NCBI GenBank assembly: GCA_014379235.1
Contig: JACMMD010000833.1
Span: 1-24,934, forward strand
Reading direction: 5' to 3'
Source of the DNA: Anaerolineae bacterium
Lineage (GTDB): Bacteria; Chloroflexota; Anaerolineae; Aggregatilineales; Phototrophicaceae
DNA length: 24,934 nucleotides
Part shown: positions 1 through 6,347 of the stretch, in pieces
Layout: the number at the start of each line of letters is the position of its first letter
Position numbering within the stretch: position 1 is the stretch's first letter
Program-made: the position numbers and the translations under genes
Notes under the pieces: generated by a model
What the model saw: the letters and a program-made list of their open reading frames with translations, nothing else
Databases searched by the model: none
Told to the model about the DNA's origin: nothing

Positions 1-22
1 AAGATGAGATGGATGAGGAAAC

Positions 23-45
23 AAAAAACCGCTTCAACAGCGGTT
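23..45 (-). terminator. Candidate intrinsic terminator downstream of tRNA-Glu
   Basis: Minus strand reads AACCGC-TGTTGAA-GCGGTT followed by TTTTGTTT: 6-bp stem (27-32/40-45) plus U tract. Confidence 0.6.
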
Positions 46-88
46 CGGGAAGTAACACTTCCGGTGTTTCAAGTGGTGGTACGTTTCT

Positions 89-161
89 TGACCCCAACGG
101 GACTCGAACCCGTGTTTTGGCCTTGAAAGGGCCACGTCCTAGGCCGCTAGACGATGGGGCC
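89..161 (-). tRNA. tRNA-Glu (anticodon TTC); 3' CCA not encoded
   Basis: Minus strand GGCCCCATCGTCTAGCGGCCTAGGACGTGGCCCTTTCAAGGCCAAAACACGGGTTCGAGTCCCGTTGGGGTCA folds as a cloverleaf: acceptor GGCCCCA/TGGGGTC, anticodon stem TGGCC/GGCCA with loop CT-TTC-AA, T loop TTCGAGT. Confidence 0.97.
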
Positions 162-171
162 GAATGGGAAC

Positions 172-201
172 AGTTTACCAAAGCCCACACACTGGCGTCA
201 A
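172..201 (-). promoter_or_regulatory. Candidate sigma70-type promoter of the tRNA
   Basis: Minus strand TTGACG (201-196), 18-nt spacer, then TG-G-TAAACT (extended -10, hexamer 177-172), just upstream of the tRNA 5' end. Confidence 0.55.
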
Positions 202-231
202 GTTGCAATATATGAGACGACATCTGAGCGC

Positions 232-936
232 TCAGCTTGCAGATGACTCCATGCCGCAGCACGTCCGAAAACGTTCATCATCTCCCGGCTTCCACAGCCC
301 AAGCCGTTTGCGGATAGCCAGCACCTTTTCAAGCTGTTGCGAAGGAATAACCCGTATGCCACCCGGCATTTGTGCGGCCATGTATAGAATCCTTGCGCTG
401 TGTTCCAAGCTTTCGAGGCGCAAATAAGCATCCCACAGAGTCGCTGCTACCGTTAACGAGCCATGATGTGAAAGCATAATCGCATCATGCTCAACGATTA
501 GTTGGCTGATTGCGTCAAGGTTCTCACTGCTGGCGGGTGTCGCGTAGGGGATCGTCGGCACAAGACCGAGCAGCATGACCATTTCCGGCAAGATACACTG
601 CTGAAAATCGTAACCAACGAGTGTCAATGCCACTGCTGTTGGTGGATGAGCATGAACCACGCCCTGCACATCGGCGCGCTGTTTGTAACATTCGAGGTGC
701 ATAGCCAATTCTGAAGTCGGGCGTGATTGGTCGTTGGCAGTTTTTCCGTCATCAATGTTGACGATCATAAGCTGATCGGGATTCATAAAGCCTTTGGCTG
801 ATCCGCTCGGTGTTGCTAATATCCGCTCAGGGTCGAGGCGTGCTGTAAGGTTGCCGCTCTTGCCGTCAATATAGCCGTTCTGGTGCATCAAACGGCCCAC
901 CAAACACATCTGTTCTCGTAGTTCAAGTTCGTTCAT
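232..936 (-). CDS. Class II aldolase/adducin family metalloenzyme (FucA/MtnB/AraD-like), 234 aa
   Basis: Motifs GNLTAR, TPSG, SELAMH (catalytic Glu), VHAHP and HHG (Zn-binding His). Substrate cannot be assigned. Confidence 0.9.
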   Translation of the reverse strand: MNELELREQMCLVGRLMHQNGYIDGKSGNLTARLDPERILATPSGSAKGFMNPDQLMIVNIDDGKTANDQSRPTSELAMHLECYKQRADVQGVVHAHPPTAVALTLVGYDFQQCILPEMVMLLGLVPTIPYATPASSENLDAISQLIVEHDAIMLSHHGSLTVAATLWDAYLRLESLEHSARILYMAAQMPGGIRVIPSQQLEKVLAIRKRLGLWKPGDDERFRTCCGMESSAS

Positions 937-973
937 ATAGAGCTTATTCTAGGGTCGCAAACTGTATTGGATA

Positions 974-2104
974 TTAATTCGAGTTCGTGTCAAGTGATGG
1001 CAGCATGAAGGAGAAAGTTGTCAAGCCTGTCGATTCTTCCGAACGCGCAGTGAATTCGCCAGCGTGTGCCCGAGCTACCCAATACACAAAAGGGATGCCC
1101 ATCGCCACACTGGTTCGACTGCCCTTCTGCCTACCTTCCCAATGCGGGGCACGCAGAACGATTTGTTCCTCAAGTCCCGGTACAATGGCACGTCCGCTGT
1201 CTGTGAAACGAATCAAGATCATGCTGCTATCGGCCTGTGCGCTGACGTGCAGATGATCGCCTCGCATCGTAAACTTGACAACGTTGTCCAACAACGCAAT
1301 GAATGCCCGTTCGACCAAAGCGCTGTCGCAGATGGCAAGAAGACAGCCTGCGTCGGGCAAGGTGGTTTCAATACGTACAAACTTGGCTTCTAATAAGGGC
1401 TTCTGTGAAGTCAGCGCCTTCCGCAGCAGCAGGGTTAGATCGGTTTTCGAGAGGCGTAAATCAAATTCACCTGTTTCCAAACGGGCAAGATCGACTAAAT
1501 CACTGACGATATATAGTTGGCGATAGGCAGCGTCCAATGCGCCATGAAGCAACTGCATCATGTCAGCGTATTCATTCTGCATCACTTCGCTCATGCCGAA
1601 GATTGAGACAACCGCTTCCAGACTGCTAACAACGGTAGAAATCGGACTACGTAAGTCATGGCTGAGTAAGGCCGCCGCGCCGCGAACTTCATCTGGCGTG
1701 TCGCCAAGCAGTCGATGTGATATGGACACTGTGCCAATCTGATCGTCCGAATGCGGATTGGCTAACCATTGAGAGACCGCTGTCCAATCAAGGGGCTGAT
1801 CCATCACTACATCCGCGCCCGCCGAAAGTGCCGCCGCCATCAGCGTGGAATTCGTGAGATTGAGCGCCACAAGTGGAATTTGTGAAGCCGCGCATTTGAG
1901 CCGCCGACAGACTTCGATACCGTCGTATTCAGGGTTGGCGATTGCAACGAAAAACGCAGTAAGGGAATTCGCCCCTGCGAAGATCAGGGCTTCGTCTGAA
2001 GTTTGCAGCGAATGAAGTTCGTATCCAAGCCGTTTGAGGTTCGCCCGCAGCGGTTCGACTAGCTCTGGCGCACCGTTGCTCACCAAAATGAGGTTGGCGG
2101 TCAC
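974..2104 (-). CDS. Soluble hybrid: pseudo-receiver + HisKA + degenerate HATPase domain, 376 aa
   Basis: Receiver-like N-terminus lacks the phospho-Asp (FFVAIANP) and Lys (MDQP). H-box SHDLRSP is intact (His codon 1658-1660). N-box LLDNVVKF present; G1 is DSGRA and G2 is SVAMGI (degenerate). GTG start overlaps the upstream stop (GTGA). Confidence 0.85.
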   Translation of the reverse strand: MTANLILVSNGAPELVEPLRANLKRLGYELHSLQTSDEALIFAGANSLTAFFVAIANPEYDGIEVCRRLKCAASQIPLVALNLTNSTLMAAALSAGADVVMDQPLDWTAVSQWLANPHSDDQIGTVSISHRLLGDTPDEVRGAAALLSHDLRSPISTVVSSLEAVVSIFGMSEVMQNEYADMMQLLHGALDAAYRQLYIVSDLVDLARLETGEFDLRLSKTDLTLLLRKALTSQKPLLEAKFVRIETTLPDAGCLLAICDSALVERAFIALLDNVVKFTMRGDHLHVSAQADSSMILIRFTDSGRAIVPGLEEQIVLRAPHWEGRQKGSRTSVAMGIPFVYWVARAHAGEFTARSEESTGLTTFSFMLPSLDTNSN

Positions 2105-3141
2105 GCCAACAGCTCCACCACTTCATAAGCCATCACTGGCTCAGACCGTCCTTTGACCGTCAACGAGCCGATCATCTTGGCGTTAACTTCCTTGAGTACC
2201 CGCGCATAGGTCGCCTCGCTGACAAGGATTTGACTGCTGCGAGCCAGCCCTTGCAGCCGTGCTGCGAGATTGACCGTATCACCTACCGCCGTAAAATCCA
2301 TGATCTCTGATGTACCGACATTACCAACAACGGCCATGCCGCTATGGATACCGAAATTGATACGCATCCGGTAGCGCGCTTCAAAACCCTTGTAAAACTC
2401 TGGCAACGCCTCGCGGATGTCCAACGCCGATTTCACCGCTCGCAGCGCGTGATCGGATTGCTCTAACGGCGTATTGAACAACGCCATCACGCCGTCGCCG
2501 ATGAACTTATCTACTGTGCCCGCATGTTCCAAAATGATGCGAACAACCAGAGAATGATACATGTTGAGGATGCTCAACAGCTTTTCCGGTTCAGCGCGCT
2601 CCGAGATACCTGTGAAGTTTTCCAAATCCGTGAAAAGAACGGTCACTTCCTGCAAACGTCCACCAAGCGCAACTTGCGCTGGATTAGCCAGCAGTTGCTC
2701 AACCACCGCAGGCGAAACGAAACGCTCGAACGTGCTGCGGATCATTTGTTGTGTTTCACGCAGTCCATCGGTTTCAACCTTCGCGCGCAAACGGGTCTGA
2801 ATACGCGCCTTCAATTCGCGTGGATTAAACGGCTTCGTCAGGTAATCATCCGCTCCCGAACCCAAGCCCTGAACCCGCGCTTCAACATCGGCCATCGCCG
2901 TGAGCATCAACACCGGAATCTGCGCCGTAGCCGAATCACCTTTGAGAATCGCGCACACGGCGAAGCCGGACATACCCGGCATATTTACGTCGAGAATTAC
3001 AAGGTCTGGCAGCGCAGCCTGAGTGAGGGCGATTGTTTTAGGCCCATCTGCCGACTCGATTATCTCGTGCCCCATGCCCTCTAAAATATCTCGAATTAGC
3101 TGGCGGTTATCTTCGTTATCGTCAGCGACCAGAATCTTCAA
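2101..3141 (-). CDS. Response-regulator receiver + class III adenylate cyclase, 346 aa
   Basis: REC: ADD, ILDVNMP, LTA, TKP. Cyclase: VLFTDLENFT, DKFIGDG (adenine-specifying Lys), DFTAVGDTVNLAARLQ. TTG start with GAGG RBS. Confidence 0.93.
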   Translation of the reverse strand: MKILVADDNEDNRQLIRDILEGMGHEIIESADGPKTIALTQAALPDLVILDVNMPGMSGFAVCAILKGDSATAQIPVLMLTAMADVEARVQGLGSGADDYLTKPFNPRELKARIQTRLRAKVETDGLRETQQMIRSTFERFVSPAVVEQLLANPAQVALGGRLQEVTVLFTDLENFTGISERAEPEKLLSILNMYHSLVVRIILEHAGTVDKFIGDGVMALFNTPLEQSDHALRAVKSALDIREALPEFYKGFEARYRMRINFGIHSGMAVVGNVGTSEIMDFTAVGDTVNLAARLQGLARSSQILVSEATYARVLKEVNAKMIGSLTVKGRSEPVMAYEVVELLA

Positions 3142-3156
3142 AATCGTCCTCGTAGA

Positions 3157-3525
3157 TTAGCTGATGTATTTAGAAAGCTTGCTGGCTAACTCGCGCAAGT
3201 CAATTGGCTTGGAGACGTAATCATCGCAGCCTGCTTCTAAAGCGCGCTCACGATCACCAACCATCGCATGGGCGGTGAGCGCAATGATGGGGATATGCTG
3301 TAGTTCAGGGTCGGATTTAATCGTGCGCGAGGCCGTCCAACCGTCCATCAATGGCAGTGATAAGTCCATCAGGATAAGGTCAGGCCGTTCACTTGCTGCC
3401 ATCTCCACGCCCTGTTCGCCATCAAACGCCTGAACGATGTCATACTCCAACGACTGCAACACGTCCGAAATTAACGTCATGTTGTCAGGATTGTCTTCAA
3501 CGACCAGAATGCGCCCGTTACTCAT
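3157..3525 (-). CDS. Single-domain response regulator (DivK/CheY-like), 122 aa
   Basis: VEDN, ILMDLSLPLMDG, ALTAHAMVGDRERALEAGCDDYVSKP; all receiver catalytic residues are present. The TAHAM..D signature is DivK-like. Confidence 0.95.
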   Translation of the reverse strand: MSNGRILVVEDNPDNMTLISDVLQSLEYDIVQAFDGEQGVEMAASERPDLILMDLSLPLMDGWTASRTIKSDPELQHIPIIALTAHAMVGDRERALEAGCDDYVSKPIDLRELASKLSKYIS

Positions 3526-3527
3526 CT

Positions 3528-5039
3528 TTAAATAAAGTCTCCCCGGTTAATATTACAGCATCGAAACTGAGCGTCAACTGCTGGATACTCAATTAGCAAC
3601 CTCACAGGGCGCATTGCGGGTTCCGTTGTAGGCACATTTTGCGGTGGACTGACTGTAGGTAATGCCGCTTTTGAGTTTTCCGACATTGATTTCTGGTGCA
3701 CGGGCAGCGCGACAAAAAAGGTACTGCCCTCTCCGAGCGCACTTTTTACCCAGATCGACCCTTCATGTAATTCGATCAATTTTTTCGCAATCGCTAAACC
3801 TAACCCCGTGCCTTCAACATGCGCGGCGCGCACACTGTCGGCCCGCCCGAATTCCTCAAATATACGCGCTTGATCTTCGGGAGCGATGCCGATGCCCGTA
3901 TCGGTCACGGTAATGATAATCCAATTGCCATCGCTCAACCACCCGATAAAGGGCAGCTTAAAGGTTGTTGATGTCCCGCGCTCCACAAGGATCAAGATCG
4001 CGTCAATGGTGATTGACCCTTGTTGGGTGAACTTGATCGCATTCGTCAGCAGGTTCGTGAGTACCTGCTGAATACGCCCTTCATCGCCATACAGTGACGG
4101 TAAGCTCGGCTCGGCGTTGACCTTGATCGCCAGACCTTTACGTGTGTAATCCGCCTCGACGCCGATAACCGCTTGCTCAATGATACGCTCGATATGAAAA
4201 ACGCTGGTTTCAAGGTTGATGCGCCCGGTTTCGATCTTGCTCAAATCCAGTACGTTGTTAATAAGCTCCAACAAATATCTGCCGTTTCGATGAATTTTTT
4301 CAAGCCGGTCAAGCTGAGTTGCGTCCAATTCGCCATAGATGCCGCTCTGCAATAACTCACTGTAGCCCACGATAGAATTCAGCGGAGTACGCAGTTCCAG
4401 CCCCATATTGGAGAGAAACAGGCTCTTGGATTGGCTGGCCGTTTGTAGTTCCTGAGTCAAGCGCTCGACCAGAGTCTTCTGCCTCTGCAACTCGACAATG
4501 GCCTGCTGATGATTGCGTTGAGTGCCACGCGAGTCGTCGCTGACGCGGCTTAACGGCTCACGCAGATAGGTTTGCAGCGCAAACCGCGCTGTCCAACCTG
4601 CTGCGACTACGGTCAATATCTGGCTTATATTTGCCAGCAAATCGACAGGCATCCTGCTCCCAAATGCCGGAGTCAGAAGGAAATAGAACACATCAGCCAC
4701 CAGCGCGGCGATTAACAGCCCACAAAAAAGCTGTGTCCGTGCCGCTCCAGACATTACTCGCTCACTAAATCTGAACATCATCCAAGCGTAGAATACAACC
4801 GCTGCCCACAATGCTATCGACAACAGCCGCGCTGTGATTCCTATAATGCGGTCATCCAGCCGAAAGAGATACAGTGCTCCCCAGATCGCCAGCACAGCGC
4901 ACAGCCCCGCGAATAGACTGTGTGACCGCCAGCCTTCCGACTGGCCCCAAACGAGCAGCAGCGCACCGCCGGCCAATGCCAGAGTCAACAAACTTAGGAG
5001 CGCAACTATCCAACTAGTGAACCCTGAAAACAAGTCCAT
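3528..5039 (-). CDS. Membrane histidine-kinase-like sensor lacking the phospho-acceptor His (pseudokinase candidate), about 503 aa
   Basis: About 5 hydrophobic helices and a coiled coil. H-box reads FLSNMGLELRTPLNSIVG (His to Leu, codon 4398-4400). N (NLLTNAIKFT), G1 (DTGIG), F (IFEEF) and G2 (GTGLGL) are intact. ATG 5039 is preferred over TTG 5075 because a TATACT -10 lies at 5086-5081. Confidence 0.9.
   Translation of the reverse strand: MDLFSGFTSWIVALLSLLTLALAGGALLLVWGQSEGWRSHSLFAGLCAVLAIWGALYLFRLDDRIIGITARLLSIALWAAVVFYAWMMFRFSERVMSGAARTQLFCGLLIAALVADVFYFLLTPAFGSRMPVDLLANISQILTVVAAGWTARFALQTYLREPLSRVSDDSRGTQRNHQQAIVELQRQKTLVERLTQELQTASQSKSLFLSNMGLELRTPLNSIVGYSELLQSGIYGELDATQLDRLEKIHRNGRYLLELINNVLDLSKIETGRINLETSVFHIERIIEQAVIGVEADYTRKGLAIKVNAEPSLPSLYGDEGRIQQVLTNLLTNAIKFTQQGSITIDAILILVERGTSTTFKLPFIGWLSDGNWIIITVTDTGIGIAPEDQARIFEEFGRADSVRAAHVEGTGLGLAIAKKLIELHEGSIWVKSALGEGSTFFVALPVHQKSMSENSKAALPTVSPPQNVPTTEPAMRPVRLLIEYPAVDAQFRCCNINRGDFI
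3550..3577 (-). promoter_or_regulatory. Candidate internal sigma70 promoter for the response regulator, inside the kinase 3' end
   Basis: Minus strand TTGACG (3577-3572), 16-nt spacer, TAATAT (3555-3550), then GGGGAG upstream of the ATG at 3525. Confidence 0.4.
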
Positions 5040-5112
5040 AACAAGCGTACCATTCGTCCGCACACATGGCCACAAACCATAGTATATATTAAGCCAGCTT
5101 TACGCACATCTC

Positions 5113-5149
5113 AAAAAAGCGCGGTGTCTGTAATAGACACCGCGCTTTT
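5113..5149 (-). terminator. Intrinsic terminator after lepB and the Zn-finger gene (possibly bidirectional)
   Basis: Perfect 11-bp stem GCGCGGTGTCT/AGACACCGCGC (5119-5129/5135-5145), 5-nt loop, A6 on the left and T4 on the right. Confidence 0.85.
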
Positions 5150-5189
5150 GATGGTTTCGGTTGAAAAATACGCCGCAGCACAAGAGCGG

Positions 5190-5477
5190 CTAGGGCTTCA
5201 AACGCCGGACGTTATCCGCTTCTAGCGTATCGGGCTGGCTGCGCTTGGCCCCCTTGCGATCAGGGGCGCGTGTCGGCTCAGACTCACCGATGAGCGCTTC
5301 GATACGCATCACCGCTTCACGGTCAAATTCCTGGAAGCCGCATACATCACACGTCCATAACAGCACATCGGGAACGCTGACCGGCATGTTACCGATCATC
5401 CGCATGTACGTCGCCTGCGAGGGCTGGTAATGACCGATATGACAGTATGAGCACACGTAAGGCGATTTGTCGGTCAT
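5190..5477 (-). CDS. YgiT-type zinc-finger protein (stand-alone, no HTH), about 95 aa
   Basis: CSYC...CDVC pairs with the 'VSVPDVLLWTCDVCG.QEF' pattern. ATG 5477 follows a GGAGAGG RBS; the ORF track starts at 5510. Confidence 0.8.
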   Translation of the reverse strand: MTDKSPYVCSYCHIGHYQPSQATYMRMIGNMPVSVPDVLLWTCDVCGFQEFDREAVMRIEALIGESEPTRAPDRKGAKRSQPDTLEADNVRRLKP

Positions 5478-5502
5478 TTCGTCCTCTCCATTCATGAAGT
5501 AA

Positions 5503-6138
5503 CTAGTCATCAGGGTAGGCGATGTGGGTTACAAGTCCCCACTCTGACGGCGGCCAATAACGGACAAGCGCCTCGCCAACGATAAACTGCCGGTTTACCG
5601 TCCCGAAAGCGCGCGAATCGCTGCTATGGTTACGGTTATCGCCCATAACGAAATATTCATCCGGGCCGAGCGTCCACACGTCATCACGGCAGCGTCCGGG
5701 TTCGCAAGGTTCATTGATATAGGGTTCATCGAGCTGGACATCGTTTACATACACCAGCGTATCGCGGATTTCGACAGTATCGCCCGGCAGACCAATCACA
5801 CGCTTAATGTAATCTTCTTCGGGATTGCCCGGATAATGGAAGACCACAATGTCGCCGCGCTGCGGCTGGTCAAGCAGATAGTTCAAACGACTGACAATCA
5901 AGAATTCGCCCGTATGGAAGTTCGGCTGCATACTGGGGCCTTGAACGATGAAACGCGCACTGGCCAAATTCACCAGCGAATAGATCGCGGCGATCAGCAC
6001 CAGCGTGTCGATGATTTCACGCATAAAGCTGCGACGCTGGAGTTTAGGGCGTGGCGTCGTCACTTCGGCAGTGTCCGCATACTGCTGCGGTGCTTGAACT
6101 TGCGGTTGTGCAGTCGGTTGGGTTGAAATTTCTTGCAA
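5503..6138 (-). CDS. lepB: Signal peptidase I, 211 aa
   Basis: One TM helix, GPSMQP (catalytic Ser), RGDIVVF, YIKRVIGLPGD (catalytic Lys), GDNRNHSSDSR. TTG start. Confidence 0.96.
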   Translation of the reverse strand: MQEISTQPTAQPQVQAPQQYADTAEVTTPRPKLQRRSFMREIIDTLVLIAAIYSLVNLASARFIVQGPSMQPNFHTGEFLIVSRLNYLLDQPQRGDIVVFHYPGNPEEDYIKRVIGLPGDTVEIRDTLVYVNDVQLDEPYINEPCEPGRCRDDVWTLGPDEYFVMGDNRNHSSDSRAFGTVNRQFIVGEALVRYWPPSEWGLVTHIAYPDD

Positions 6139-6180
6139 GATGTGGGCTGGCTATCAATCTAAAAACGATCAAGTTTATTC

Positions 6181-6209
6181 ATTATAGACCTGTCGCCTAG
6201 AACGAACAA
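6181..6209 (-). promoter_or_regulatory. Candidate sigma70 promoter for lepB
   Basis: Minus strand TTGTTC (6209-6204), 17-nt spacer, TATAAT (6186-6181). Confidence 0.55.
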
Positions 6210-6347
6210 TGTGCATTTGAAGAGCGTTTGCCGCGTCAATAATTTTCTAATGGTCTGCCCAGACGAATTCAATGCGAAAAACCGCACTTCTACATATACT
6301 AAAGGCAGTAGTACATTCCGAAATATACCGTAACAACGAGGCAATAC

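Noticed and set aside
9-431. Short ORFs 9..215, 164..427 and 198..431
   Set aside because: They overlap the tRNA, its promoter or the aldolase, and have no motifs.
974-2104. Pseudogene call for the degenerate kinase
   Set aside because: The ORF is full length, uninterrupted and translationally coupled; decay cannot be excluded without dN/dS.
5190-5510. MqsR/MqsA-type toxin-antitoxin module
   Set aside because: No toxin ORF is adjacent and the zinc finger has no HTH.
6273-6288. CRP-like site upstream of the second cyclase (TGCGA-N6-GCACT)
   Set aside because: Only 7 of 10 consensus positions match; this is expected by chance, and no CRP gene is in the window.
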